Below, piece after piece: positions 1 to 13,716 of a stretch of 64,000 bases of DNA; position 1 is the stretch's first letter; each line of letters begins with the position of its first letter. Under the pieces are notes generated by a model that worked only from the letters and a program-made list of their open reading frames with translations, ran no database searches and was not told the DNA's origin. The position numbers were made by a program, and so were the translations under genes. This DNA is from Lytechinus pictus (Eukaryota). The stretch covers positions 63,123,097-63,187,096 of the forward strand of contig NC_087247.1 of assembly GCF_037042905.1 (NCBI RefSeq). The letters run 5' to 3'.

Positions 1-3000
1 ATATTTCAATGATTTAATTGACATAAATTCATTGTTTATTGGCAATTAAGCTTAATATCATTGATTGAAAAGTTGCATTTTTAATACGGTAGAAAAACGG
101 GATTCAGGTGTATGTGCTGATTAATGCTTAAGTGATCACCGGTATCACGTGCGGATATACACATTGTGTAAACTGACTTCCTGAAGATTGAGAGAGCTAT
201 AAGGCTACAATAAATTAGCATGACAGATTGTCGTTTGCACTTGTCACTCTCAACTGGGTTAGTGTTTGTGTCGTGGCATCAGATCAGAATCTACTCGGCG
301 GTTGGATTATACAAGTTTGGAACTTGCGTGTGATATAAACTTGATGAATCTGTACCCGTCGTACTGTTGATCCTATGAAAGGTAAGTTTTCATTCTTTTG
401 TTTATCCATAAAAAAAAAATCACAGTGTAAATTAAAGGAAGATATCTAATATTATTTGACATGTTATATGATATTGTTGTTTGCAGTTATACCATCAAAA
501 TGAGGAATATAGACGTAAACATGCAGTAAATGAATATATGAATGTGTAATTACCAAGAATTATCGATAAGAGCAAGTATCAGTGATGATTCAATTTTTCT
601 TGCCAATGCGGCTGTAGCTAATCCAATTCAGTCATCGTGATGTTAAGTGGATTTTCTCGTTCATTCATGGAGTGTCAAATACAATTCTGAAATTCTGTTA
701 GACCTATAATTGGTTTCCACTTGACTGATATATTATTATCTTGCGGTCATCACTCAAAATATTAAATGTTTTGGCATTGTTATTATATTGTACACTATAA
801 TTTTGGTTGCCAATTTTTAAGCAACCACATTAATTTGTTTAAGCCTATATGAAATACAATTCGAATCCCCTTTCATACTTTAAGCTTGCTTAATTTTGTT
901 CAACGTCTCTATTTCTAGATGATATAAATCATGGCCAGTCCATCAAATACATGGAATGTATGAACCATAGTAACATTCAAACCATCAGGCCCTAACCTCT
1001 TTTCTGAATAATTTTCTTAATCTATATATGAAACAGTCTGAGAGGAAATAGTCGGGAAAATAAATGGAAATAATTTTCATGATCCTTTCACGTTTATGAT
1101 TTATTCAATCAAAATCGAAAAACTTGTAGTTTGGATTATAGTGATAAAGCATATATACGTACAGTGATATCAGGAATGCTTAACATATGCATGCTGTGAT
1201 TAGCCTAAATAACATCATGTCATTGTAGATTATGATGATACAGTGAACATTGACATTGACTTTTGCTATGCAATGCAAACCATACAGCGTGCCCCACAAA
1301 AATGGTAATGGTATTTTAGATGAGTATAATATTGAAATTACAATATAATATTCTTCATATCTTTACGCCCGTAAACTACAATTTGTTTTCTACAACTGGA
1401 TGAATATTTATGTATTATAGTCCACTAATCACAAGGATATGAGCATTTTTTCATTGCACATTACAAAACCTCTCCATCCAAGTTTTTGTATTAAAAGCAG
1501 TATATAATTATAGTCAGGACAAAATTGTCCGTCGAGCTTTCCTCCACATGACTGACGTATAGTGAGATCGTATCTCTGAGGACTGCAGACATGCCTGCGC
1601 ATCGACGGGCAAATCAGTAATGAAGTACAGAAAAAGAATCTTTTATTTCAACATTTAAATGCTTATAAAAACGAATGTAAAAAGATGTAAACACATGTGC
1701 AAACTAAAAGAACAAAAATACGCAACTTTTCAATGTGAGATCATGAAAAAAAAACCGTGTAATTCATTTCCTTGTAGTTATTAGAAAAGTATAATTTTTA
1801 TGTTTGATTAAAGATATGCCAATTTTCTTAAGCCTTTATTCTTAAATGTAAGCATGCCCGCAAGTTGTGAGCATAAACTCTCAAAACTGAAATAAAGTAA
1901 TGAATGAGGACATAATTGGACTACGTAATAACAAAACTTGGATTAATAGGTGATGAGTGCTGTAAGAACGCTCATATCTCTGTGTTCAATGGACCATATC
2001 GCATGAAATTTATGCCAGTTTATATAAAACAAATGCTAGTTTGCGATTATAAAATTATGTACAATATGATTTGGTAACTTTCACATTACACTCATTTAAA
2101 ATGTCATTAACATTTTTTTTGTGAGACACGCTGTATGTGCATCTGGTTGGCAGAGTGCGAGCTTTTAATTGATTTAACACAATGTACCGTATTGAACTCC
2201 AGTATAACTTAAATCAGTATGGTTAAACTATGGGCGGCCAAATGTAGTGCAAAAGATACACTTGATTTATCATCATTATTAATTCAAAGTTCAAATTTGT
2301 TTTGGCCCTCTCGAGGTTACAACATCACAGTTTTCCTGAGCAATGCATAAGATGAAAAAAATCACGACCGATCTCTAATCCGCAAATTCAACCACTGTTT
2401 ACATTCATAGAGTGTTGAGAATGCAAGCATGCAAGTCTTGCTTTAATCAAATTTTGTTCACAGATATCAATATTTCATAGCGGATAAGCACACGTGATAT
2501 TTATTTGAAGGAGGGGGGGGGGGGGTTCAGCTGACCATCAGTGGATTAATTTTCCAATAAGAATTGTAAAATGGAACAAAATGGATCAAATGGATTACAT
2601 GTAGACAATGCTCAAATCAAAATTGCCTTTCTACTTAATGCAATGTTTACTATTATGGTGCGCTTTTTGTATAAAACATTATTTATTAATATAAACTTGA
2701 TTTCAAAGAAAAGCAGTTTACAAAATGAACAAAGTAAAACTATGGAAAAGTAACAAACAAAACTAGGTCCATGAACCTATACTGGTTCAAGGCAGGTTGA
2801 AATGTATATAAAAAGTGAAGTTACAAAGACATTAAATATTGACAGCAAAAGAAAGCAATCACACAATAAGATTGAATAGGTAAAATTTGCATTAACATTA
2901 AAAGAATCGGCTTTACATTAACTCGCTTACATGAGCAGAGGTCAAGTACAGCAAGCATTCAGTACGTCCGTTATGGTAACAAAATTATACATAATAACGT

Positions 3001-3243
3001 AGTATTATACATTACAGGAAGGCAGGAAAGAGAACAAAAAATAATGTGGAACATAGTGTGGATATGGGTTTTCAAAGCAAAATATTAAATATTGAAAAAA
3101 AAAAGAATAATAACTTAAGATATTTCAATGTTGGCCCTACTGTAAAAAATAAAGCAAGATGATGAAAGCTAGGGCATAATTACTTTTCTAGACATTTGTT
3201 AAATTCCTTGGTCTAATGTCACAATTCATATCCGGATCACTGA

Positions 3244-3815
3244 CTTAAAGGTCAAGTCCACCCAAGAAAAATGTTGATTTGAATAAATAGAGAAAAATCA
3301 AACTAGCATAACGCTGAAAATTTCATCAAAATTGGATGTAAAATAAGAAAGTTATGACATTTTAAAGTTTCGCTTATTTTTCACAAAACAGTGATATGCA
3401 CAACTCGGTGACATGCAAATGAGACAGTCGATGATGTCCCTCACTCACTATTCCTTTTTTTTTTATTATTTGAATTATACAATATTTCATTTTTTACAGA
3501 TTTTGCAATAAGGATCAACTTGACTGAACCATATAGTATCATACAATACCGATTCCACATGTTCAGGGAGGAATTAATAGTTGTTTCACTTGACAATGCG
3601 GAGAAAATTAGAATATTTCATAATTCATATAATAAAATACAAAAGAAATAGTGAGTGGATGATGTCATTAGTCTCCTCATTTGCATATTGAACAGGATGT
3701 GCATATGACTGTTTTGTGAAATCAAGAGAAACTTTAAAATGTCATAACTTTCTTATTTTACATTCGATTTTGATGAAAATTTCAGTGTTATGCTTGTTGG
3801 ATTTTAAAGTCAATG
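3244..3815. mobile_element. Foldback MITE, family 'A', copy 1 (~590 bp, arms are inverted copies ending TTAAAGGTCAAGTCCACCC)
   Basis: The left arm 3244-3450 is the reverse complement of the right arm 3640-3815, with motifs CACTCACTATT / AATAGTGAGTG and CATCAAAATYGGATGT. Confidence 0.8.
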
Positions 3816-4344
3816 CAAAATTGAGTTTTCTCATCTTATTCATAAAGATATGATTATTTTTACTTTAAACAGCTGAAAGCAATTGATTTTAGCATAATTA
3901 TGGTTCAAAAAGGTTGTGCAAAAAATCTGGTGAAAAAAACAAAGAAAAACAAAAGGTTGAAAAACAAAGAAATACATAAGAAATTAATAAAACAATAGAA
4001 TACATAAGAAATTGATTTCCAAACTAAAGTTTTTTTAATTGCCATTGTTAAGAATGCTACAAAGAATATTTTTACCACAAATTAGCATTCTAGGAGCTTT
4101 ATTTAGTGAATTAGAGCAAAAAGTATGATTTATGCATGAATTAGCATAATTAATTCATATAAAATAAAATCTCATTATTTTGGAAAATTGTACCATACAG
4201 CCTTGTAGATTACATCGCACACTACCAGCGTGCAAATTTTTTGCGGCGCTCGCGCGATCGGCGGTCGAGATCTCAGGGGGGGGGGGGTGAATCAACCCCC
4301 CCCCCCCCGGCCACAGAAAAGCCAAAAAAGCCCGGCCTAATTAG

Positions 4345-4948
4345 GGTTAAAGGTCAAGTCCACCCCAGAAAATGTTGATTTGAACCAATAGAGAACAAGC
4401 ATAATGCTGAAAATTTCATCAAAATCGGATGTAGTATAAGAAAGTTGTGACATTTAAAAGTTTCGCTTATTTTTTTCAAAACAGTTATGTGCACAACTCA
4501 GTGATATGCAAATTAGAGAGTCGATGATGTCCATCACTCACTATTTTTTTTTTTTTTTTTTTTTAGTGATGAAATATTTCATTATTTTTTAGAATTGACA
4601 ATGTAAAACTTGACTCAACCACATAATGTTAAACAATCATGTTAAGTCCATATATTCAACGAGGAATAAAACTCGATTTAACATGGCAAGGGGGAGAAAA
4701 TCATAATATTTCATATTTCATATAGTAGAATACAAAAGAAATAGTGAGTGGGTGACGTCATCAGTCCCCTCATTTGCATACCGACCATGATGTGCATACG
4801 TATAACTGTTTTGTGAAATTAAGCGAAACTTTAAAAACCCATAACTTTCTTATTTTACATCCGATTTTGATGAAATCTTCAGTGTTATGCTTGTTGGATT
4901 TTTCTCTTGTTATTAAAATAAACTTTTTGTTGGGTTGGACTTGTCCAA
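4345..4948. mobile_element. Foldback MITE, family 'A', copy 2
   Basis: Same family as copy 1 with intact termini: GTTAAAGGTCAAGTCCACCCC at the left end and GGGTTGGACTTGTCC at the right end. Confidence 0.85.
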
Positions 4949-5273
4949 TAAGTCTTGCTTTATTCTCATTGGATGACCTCTTTCGACAGCTTCAAAAGAT
5001 GGTTTCATTAAGGTCCGATAACAAACCTTTGTATCGTTCGCACTTTTTTTCAAGCGCGTATTACAGAACATTAGTCTCGAACTGGACATATTAGCTTTAC
5101 CAAGAGCATTTTCTTTGTATCGTTCGCTTCTTCCAATGATCTCGTCATGAGCGGACTTGTTCACTCAGGCGCTCTTACAGGCCGATAAGATCGTTAACTT
5201 TGTTCGAAATAACGTGCATGTTTGGTGTATTAACTGCTTCGAAGTCCCTACTTTTACCTCTTCGATCTACACT

Positions 5274-5503
5274 CTAAATTACAGGGATTTAAAATAAGTC
5301 TAGATGGATTGTAGTTAGGGACCAATCGATTTCTGGATTTTGTTTTAATCCTAAAGACTTAAATTTAAATCTCAAATGATTTAAATTTAAATTAAATTTA
5401 AATCTTTCGAGATTTAAAAAAGGAATCTGAAGGATTCAATTAAATCCGGAATTCGATTGGTCCCTAACTACAGTCCATGTGGACTAATTTTAAATCCCTG
5501 TAA
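5274..5503. mobile_element. Palindromic MITE (~230 bp)
   Basis: TAAATTACAGGGATTTAAAATAAGTCTAGATGGATTGTAGTTAGGGACCAATCGATTTC pairs with its reverse complement at 5440-5503. Confidence 0.75.
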
Positions 5504-6263
5504 TCTGAGTATAGGGTCATCTCGATGTCATTTCTCTAATCACTAATTTTCAATAAATTGCGTAAATACGAACTGCCATTGTCATTCTTATTTTTTAGCT
5601 TATTATATGCAGCTGGTCGTATTCTTATATCAGTTTTGATTTTTGATTTTTTTTATGTAACTTTTTAACTTTTTCAGGACCTTGATGTGAAACAGTGTTT
5701 TTATACTGATCTTGTGTTTTTCCTGAATAAATATATTTCAATAAAAATCATATCCAGGCTCATCAAATCATTAACTTGGGCATGTTCAAAAGGACAAGAA
5801 ACATACAAAAATAAGTTTGATGATTGATAAGGGGAATCAGTGCACCAACTTGAAAGAAAATGTGAATGATGGATGAGTAAAATAAGCTGAAAAATAAAGG
5901 GGAATCCACACGGAATCACCCTTTGCAAAAAAGAAACTTTACCAGAGAAAAAATGTTTTTTCTTTTTCTTTTAAAAAGTTACATTGAATTAATTTGACCT
6001 CAGTAGCTTATTAACTAAAAAAATAATGAAAACAAAAAAGCAGTATTTTTGGAATTATATGCATGGAACAGACATGTCCCGTTGTCTCAATCATTGAGCA
6101 TCTTCCGTTATCAACATGAAATGATCCGTCAAATACTGTTTTGCCCTCTGAAAATGCTCAAGGTTGTGCTTTTGTGAGCCTGGATAGATCAAGGAGATTT
6201 CCATGGTCAGATTAGGGAATTCCTCGGTCAGAATGGTCAAAGGGGGTTGATATACTAGAAAGT

Positions 6264-6555
6264 GGGCGCGTCGTGGTCTAGTGGTTCTGACTCTTGCCTT
6301 TCAAACAGAGGGTCGTAGGTTCGAATCCTAGCCATGGCGTGTTTTCCTTCAGCAAGAAATTTATCCACACTGTGCTGCACTCAACCCAGGTGAGGTGAAT
6401 GGGTACCCGGCAGGATTAATTCCCTGAATGCTTTAGCGCCTAGGCAGCCCAGCTAAAGCCGGGATAATAATATCAGGGCCCACTGGGAGAACAGTTTCCG
6501 GAACTGACGTGGCTACCCTGGGTAAATATACCGCTATTATTATTATTATAAAGTG
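6264..6555 (+). mobile_element. tRNA-derived SINE
   Basis: tRNA-like head 6264-6342 with an A box TGGTCTAGTGG and a B box GGTTCGAATCC. A unique body follows, ending in a (TTA)n tail at 6533-6552. The acceptor stem does not pair, so this is not a functional tRNA. Confidence 0.7.
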
Positions 6556-7858
6556 CATGCCACACATCAGTGCTGCATGCATGCAAACTTGGAATGGGAT
6601 GAAAATCACCCATGTAGAGTGTGTATTCAAAATCACTGAAGCGAGACCAATGAAATTTTAATAGAAGTTAGAACAAGAGATGAGCTTTCTAAATTCATAC
6701 ATTTTATTGAGAATAATTTTGGTTTTCTGAAGTAATTTAGCCGCATATCAGAGGGACATTTTTGGGGGGACGCGCTGTAGTTTACCCAATGCGGGAAGCA
6801 TATTGTCCAGTAAGGTTAAAAAATAAGCAGCAATTACTAATAGAATGGGCAACATTTTCATCACACTGGATGAATAAAAATGCCCAAAAGTAATGCCCAA
6901 TGTTGGTTGGACACATAATTACCCTCATGGAGAATTTTTACCCAATATTTTTTAGAGTGTATTATTATTATTTTATTATAATTATAATCATATAATCAGT
7001 AATAATTATGATCATTATCATGATGATTATCATGGTGTTAGTGATGGTTATCTTATTTACACATAATGACCATTGATATCGTTTTGTTCATAAGTTTCTT
7101 ACGTTTATTGCTGTTGAATGAAACAATTTCTTTCGGAAACTGTATAGAGATGCATGAAGAAAGGAAAAAAAAATCTACGATAAAATAGAATTACATGTTC
7201 ATGATTATGCTTTTATACTTGACATTATCTTTTTGAAATTTACTCCTTCCCGTAACCAATCGCATGTGGTGTGCCTCCTTCAATAAAGTTATACATCATA
7301 CTTAAACTTCGGTCTTATAATAATTATACCCCTCCCCCATTGGCATACAGACGTGGGGGTTTGGAGGCCATTGACCCCAAGAAAGTTTCATGGCCAACAT
7401 AGAAGAAAAAGAAATGAAAGGGAAAAGATTGAAATAAGATATATATTTTAAAATATCATATCAAAATCTATCACAAAATTAGATTTTGTACCAAACTGGT
7501 CATATTTTTTTTTATCGCTCGCAGCTTTTTTTAAATTATACATTTTGCCTCATATGCCATGTCTGGCACCCTAAAAAATGTTAGAACCGTAATAATACTG
7601 ACCCCATCCCCTTCAAACTAAATGGAAAAAATCCCTAACAGAGAACAATATTTGTGTCAGTCATATCCCCCCCACCATGAACACAAATTGACACTCATGC
7701 TCATCGACTTGGTTTTGACCACTTATGTGATTGACTATTGGAAGGACACAATACCTCTAGCCAGCGATGACGACTCGTAGTTCGAAGCTACAAGCGGAAG
7801 ACCTCTTGAATCGATCTGAGCAGAGCCCTTGGGAGTGATACTTGTGATACAGTGATAC

Positions 7859-8444
7859 ATGAGAAAATTGGTGAATGAATTTAAAACAGCGCTTTTTAAT
7901 GAGATTACATCTTTGATCACTGAGAAAGTTACAGATAGTCTACATGAGTACATTGAATTTGACATGGAGGCAAGAGACACTCACACCAATGCCTTAGAAT
8001 CAAAGATTCAGTCGTTGTTAGACCAACGTGATGAGTCTGAACAGTACTCGCCCAGAAGTTGTCTGATTTTCAAAGAAATAAAGGAGAAATAGAACAAACA
8101 CACTGATGAAACCATCAGCAAACTCTGTGCAGATAAGCTTAATGTCGAGTTAGAATCAAGAGAAATAGATAGAAGCCATTGGGTCAGAGTAAAGAAAATA
8201 GAGAGAGGGGAACAATTGTGAAGTTCACGAACTACCATGTACGAGACAAATTCAACAAAAATAGGAGAAAATTGCTTAATCTACAGGATGAGGTAACTTA
8301 TATTCATGAGAGTCTCACAAGGAAACGAACTGATCTGTTCTCGAAGCTTAAAACCCATTACAAGGATTGTACGGAGGCGATATGAATCAAAGATGGCCGC
8401 ATCCTTGCCATATCCAAGCACACGAAAAAGCGAGTCACCATTAC
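7859..8444 (+). mobile_element. Degenerate LINE ORF1-like remnant (L1 ORF1 / Transposase_22 type)
   Basis: Coiled-coil ..SLLDQRDESEQYSPRSCLIFKEIKE.. followed after a frameshift by ..IDRSHWVRVKKIERGEQL / TIVKFTNYHVRDKFNKNRRKL. This matches the L1 ORF1p pattern (RRNNLRIxGxPE ... PRHIIVKFT). It is frameshifted, and the TIR element at 8445 interrupts it. Confidence 0.45.
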
Positions 8445-10707
8445 CATGGACCACTAGTAGGCATGGGCGGAAATCCCAGGGGGGACAGGGGGGACGTGTC
8501 CCCCCTACCCAAAATAGTAGGGGGGACACAATATCAAATGTCCCCCCTACTATTTTTGGTATTTTACGATGGAGAAAAATGCATCATTCACATTCGAAAT
8601 AATACATGTATTTTGGACTAAATGACCTTACATTTTGGGTGAAAACCTTCGTTTTTTTTTTTTGGGGGGGGGGGGCTTGTCAAATTTTCCAGAGTGACTA
8701 AAATAAGATGAGGGGAAGACTTGGAAAATAAAAAGAATCTTTCATGTCACTATATGAAATTTTCGCTCGCGCTTCGCGCTCGCATTGCCTGTCAGGTGAT
8801 TTTTCAATATGGAGTTTAAATATCAAGTTTGGAAGTCAATATACATTACACATTTCGGAAATCGAACTTTCATTATTTTGTGTGATTTACAAACTGATTT
8901 TTAAAAAGTGCTCTGTAAAAGTGAGAGCTTCATGGTCTGAATATTGACATTTTCTGCTCGCACTGAGCGCTCGCAAATTTCGATTTATTAAGTACCTATT
9001 ATTTTTGTGTATTCCATTTAGTTTGAAAAAATCAAGTCTGATAGTCAAAACGTATCAGATAGCGCTGGCTACTCGCTCGCATTTAATCGGCGATTTATGT
9101 ATGTCTCAATATTGATTTTCATGACAGTTTATCAAAGATTTTGGCTCGCGATTTGCGCTCGCATTAATGGTTAAAAAATATTTTGACCGATGCATTCTAT
9201 TTATAATCACAAAATTGCTTGAAATGTCCAGCCTTCAGGCCATAATATCATCAGATTTCTCGCCCTCATTAGGCATTAATAGATAAGATATTAATAATTT
9301 AACGATTAAATTGTCCCTTTTGTTTCATCTCGCACCTAGCAAGAGGAATAGGGAGATAGTCATCATTTTCATATGACATGTCCCAAGGATGTCCCGGTCC
9401 TATGTCAAAACTCAAATAACAATGAAAAATATCAGCTCTTTTAGTGCGATCCGTATCAACCTCACAATTTTCCTACAAAGTGCTTGAAATATATATAGCT
9501 GAGATGGACTCTTTTTCAGATTTTTCATGATAAAAGAGGTGTAGAATGCCTAGATTCTAGGTCTAAATCTGAAACACGCGCATGTTTATTCAGATATTCA
9601 ACTTGTTCTATATTTAAATCATTATCCAGTTTCAGATCACAATATCAAAAATTGTCTGCTCGCGCTTTGTGCTCGCATTATTAATGTAGAAAGATCCCCT
9701 ATTACTCATCCTTTTCATGATTTACAAAACATGAATAGAGTGTCCTGTTTTTAGGTCTAAATCTCGAATTTTTCTGCTCGCGCTTCGCTTGCATCAATTG
9801 GTTAGTTATATAGCTACCCTGTTCACGATTACGAAAATTGATTAAAATTTTCGATTCTTTTTGTAGAAATGTCAACAATTTTCAGCTCGCGATTCGCGCT
9901 AGCATTATTTGATTGTTGAAATATGTAACGTCTTTATGGCTAAGTGCACGCAGTCCTTAACAAGTACCTTTTCGATCAGTTCAAATTAAAAAAAACATTT
10001 TATGGCTGCACTTTGCACTCGCATTATTAATGTAAGGACCGGGTGTAAGGAAGGCCCCCAATTACTCATCTTTTCATGATTTACAAAACATGAATAGAGT
10101 GTGTCGTTCTTAGGTCTAAATCTCAAAATAGTTCCGCTCGCGCTTCGCGTTCGCATCAATTGTTTAGTTTTATACCTATCACATGTTTCAGTTACAAAAA
10201 GTGCTTAGAATTTCCATTCTTTAGGCAAAAATTTAAGCTCGCGCTTCGCGCTAGCATTATTTGATTGTTGAAATATGTAACGTATTCATAGCTAACCTTT
10301 TCCATCAGTAAACATCTGCTCGCACTTCGCGTTCGAAGTAATTATTTAGTTGCATATACATCTTTTTCAGGATAACAAACATTGCCCAGAATGTTCAAAT
10401 TTCAGGAAAAATACATAAAATTTCCCCCCCAAAAAAAAAAATTTGCTCGCGCTTCGCGCTCGCATTATAGATAAGGATTATGATATTATATATTTATGTT
10501 GAATTATAAGAATAAAGCTAAAAAGTGGCCATGAGGACTACTCCTTCAATGAAACAAACAAAAATCATCTTCGAGCGGCCGATCGGGGATTAACATACGG
10601 CTGAAAAAAAAAAATTCGCCCCCCCCCCCATTGGCGAAGGCTGGATCCGCCCCTGTTGTCCCCCCTACGTTTCGGGACAGATTTCCGCCCATGCTAGTAG
10701 GTCCATG
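8445..10707 (+). mobile_element. Non-autonomous TIR element carrying an internal ~135-bp satellite (family 'S')
   Basis: TIR CATGGACCACTAGTAGGCATGGGCGGAAATC at 8445 pairs with GATTTCCGCCCATGCTAGTAGGTCCATG at 10680-10707. The possible 7-bp TSD CCATTAC/CCATCAC has one mismatch. Between the TIRs are about 12 tandem units with the core GCTCGCGCTTCGCGCTCGCAT (8760-10460), plus G- and C-homopolymer runs. Confidence 0.75.
8760..10460 (+). repeat. Tandem satellite, ~135-bp unit, core GCTCGCGCTTCGCGCTCGCAT
   Basis: The core recurs at 8761, 8950, 9062, 9136, 9657, 9776, 9884, 10008, 10136, 10236, 10318 and 10443. Confidence 0.85.
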
Positions 10708-11199
10708 CCATCACAAAGGAAAGCAATTTGCAGAAATAGAGATAACCTTGAATTCTTCACAATTGATTTGATTATTTTAAAATCTTATAAGAAAGACCCA
10801 GTCTTGTCCATTGAATTCCTCATTATCGATCAATCTTACAAGAAAGACCCAGTCTCTTATATTAACCCTAATTCGAGACTTACAGAGCTGTTCTATTGTG
10901 GTATCTTGCCCCTCCTCTTGTGTTCGAGGAAAGCATTTCAATTGGCTCGAAGTACACTTATCGCCACTCCCTGTAAATACGTAATCCCTTTATTGACAGC
11001 TCAACTACCGATGCATGCATCAATGAAGGGGGAAAGCTCGACCTTTCGCCGATGAAGCAAGCACTACGTTTTTCAACCTTTTGTCGCAGCTCTCTATTTA
11101 TAAGCAGGATTAGCACTTAAACTATATTGAAACCAATAACTGCTATCATGTTCACATGGTTTATCATCCACCGTGAATTGCAAAATGGTTACAGACACG

Positions 11200-13716
11200 G
11201 TCGCCCGTATGGCAAGCCGTTTTAACATTTAATCCTATTTCTTGATATCAAGAATTCATTTCTTGATATCAAGAATTTGATTTGTTGATATCAAGAATTC
11301 GATTTCTTGATATCAAGAAATCAAATTGTTGATATTAAAAACTTGAATTATTGATATCTTGAAATAAATTCTTGATGTCTCTTGATTTCGAAAGTAAGTC
11401 TATTGCAAAAATTATTTGGATATCGAGCACAAAAGTATTACACAAATGTTTAATTCATTTCCAGCTCAAAAGTTGTGCAGAATTGAAATTCATAGTTGAT
11501 TTCCAGCGCACAAGTAATGCAGAAAATTTATTCTGATTTCGAACTCAAAACTTGTGCACGATTATATTTTGATTCGATTTCGAACTCAAACTTGTGCACG
11601 AATTCATCCCGTACCAAGCGGCCATCTAAGTTTACGTAAGCATTTTTTGTTTGGTCCGAAATCATATTGCCAGCTTGCAGTTCATTTACTGTCTTTGTGA
11701 TATTTCTTATATAATATTTTTATTTTATACTTTTTAAACATAAACCCTAGATTACTATTCCTAAAACGATTTTAACTTGATTTTGTCCCATCAAAATTAC
11801 TTGTAAGATATGAAAAGATGTGGTTAAAAAAACGTAAAACGGCAACATATCTAGAATTCATTTCATTATGTTGCCAAAAGACAATGCACACACCTGTATG
11901 AAAGATCACCCCGTGTTTTATATCATAGCCACGTTTTTACTGTACAATTCATTTTAGAAAATTATGGCTGCGTCAAATGAAATGTTATTGGTAGATTTGA
12001 TTATTTTTAGCAAAAAAAAAATCAAAATTAACTTACAAAGCACCCATTGGAAAAATAACAATTTGGCCTCATATCACGAACTCATGTGGAAACAATGAAT
12101 GTGTGCTATGTTGCCAAATTGTGCATTTACAATGCGTAATTTGTAAGTATTCTTGAAATTATTTTGCTTTTAAAATATCAGATCTGACGTCATTATTCAA
12201 AATAAAATACGAGTATGTTTTACATTTAACCATTCAGAAAAACGCTAAGACATATTTATTCCACAAGTGACAATTTTTACAACTGGTTTATCAACTGTTA
12301 TATTGGCAACATATCAAGAAATCATTTCGTGATATGTTGCCGTTTTATATTTTTTTAAAGATACATTTGTATTATGATTATTTGATTAGAATTAACTGAC
12401 CTAGAAACAAATATATATTTTTTTAAATTTTATAATGAACATGCACTATTTCTGATGCGCAGAGCTAACTAGCTACATGTATATTGGCATGCTCAGAACA
12501 AATTCTGCCAGTCGGACCGCGACAGCAATTTGTGTACAACACAAAGTTTTGAGTTCGAATTCCACTATTTTGAAGCAAAAACAACAACTTATTTTGAATT
12601 CTATTCGTCACAGTGGCTCCCGTATTTGGAATGCCATAAATTCTCATATTGCATCTACCATGTCTACTGGTAAATTATCAATATTAAAGGTAAAGTACAA
12701 GTCCTCCTTGCTAGCAGGATATGTACTGTAAATGTACTTTTCTACAACTTTTAATTAAACTGTACGTGTTCTTGTGTGTTTTGTTTATATGTCTCTCTGT
12801 CTTGCCTAAAATATTCTATATATTTTTTATGTATGTTTTAATTTCTCATGTTTTATTATTGCCTTTCTTAGTAGCTCATGTGCATGAATGCGCGTGTGCG
12901 CGTGTGTTTTTGTGAATTTAGGTACTTGCCGTACATTTGTAAGTTATTTCATTCTCATCTTCCTCTCTCTTTCTTCTCTAGGCTCCTCTCCTGTCTCCAC
13001 TTTCATTTTTTCGATATACCTCCTAGCTCTGCCTTCTTCTTTTAATTCTATTCCTTAATCTTCTGCCCTCTACACTTTCTTCTCTCCTATTCTGTTCGCT
13101 GATGTATAATATACATCAGCGAACAGAATAGGAGAGAAGTATCTTAGCACTGTATATTATGTTTTACAGGTGATCTATGTCTTACAAGCTGTGCTTTTTA
13201 ATAGATCACCTCAGTTCTGCATTTTAATTATTGTTAATTATTTATTGTTACTTCTTTGATGACATGTATAATGTTTTTGCAGAATTGAAATAAACTTGAA
13301 CTTGAGCACGTGGCGTAGGTAGTTTGCATGCGCACACCCAGGGGCTGAATGGGATTGTGCACAAATTTTGAGTTCGAAATCGATTCACAGTACAATCGTG
13401 CACAAGTTTTGAGTTCGAAATTGAATCACAGTATAAATCGTGTACAAGTTTTGAGTTCGAAATCAATTTCTGCATTAATTGTACGCTGGAAATCAACGAT
13501 GAATTTTAATTCTGCACAACTTTTGAGCTCGTTTGCATGTGCTCGATATCCAAATTGATTCTTGCAATGATTTTGTGCTCGAAATAAATCACGTAACAAT
13601 TCTTGATATCAAGAATTCGTATTCTTGATATCAAGAGATGAATAAATGATATCAAAAAATCGAATTCTTGATATCAAGAAATAGGATTAAATGTTAAAAC
13701 GGCTTGCCATACGCCC
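11200..13716. mobile_element. Long-TIR (~450-500 bp) non-autonomous DNA element
   Basis: 11200-11610 is the reverse complement of 13340-13716. The TIRs contain the subrepeats TTCTTGATATCAAGAAT and TCGAACTCAAAACTTGTGCAC, and the termini read CGTATGGCAAGCCGTTTTAACATTTAATCC. The interior includes a perfect 27-bp-arm palindrome at 13081-13137. No transposase ORF is present. Confidence 0.8.

Noticed and set aside
366-384. ctATGAAAG|GTAAGT as a possible PARP4 first coding exon, with TATA-like and E-box motifs upstream
   Set aside because: There is no compatible in-phase downstream exon, the next candidate acceptor leads to an immediate stop, and there is no similarity to the PARP4 N-terminus. It is unsupported.
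4270-4312. G11-TGAATCAAC-C13 palindrome and the other G/C homopolymer blocks (2507-2525, 35463-35512, 56306-56342, 61456-61480) as G-quadruplex regulatory elements
   Set aside because: They sit at or near transposon termini and recur in a family-like way. Homopolymers of this length are also a classic assembly or polishing artefact. Without read support I treat them as element termini or artefacts, not regulatory sites.
6264-6342. Candidate tRNA gene with A and B boxes
   Set aside because: The 5' GGGCGCG and 3' CATGGCG cannot form an acceptor stem, and the sequence continues into a SINE body with a (TTA)n tail. I call it a tRNA-derived SINE head, not a functional tRNA.
8306-8621. ORFs of 84-98 aa rich in G, P and R
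   Set aside because: They lie in the G/C-homopolymer-rich terminal region of the S-family TIR element. The composition is driven by the homopolymers and there is no supporting homology.
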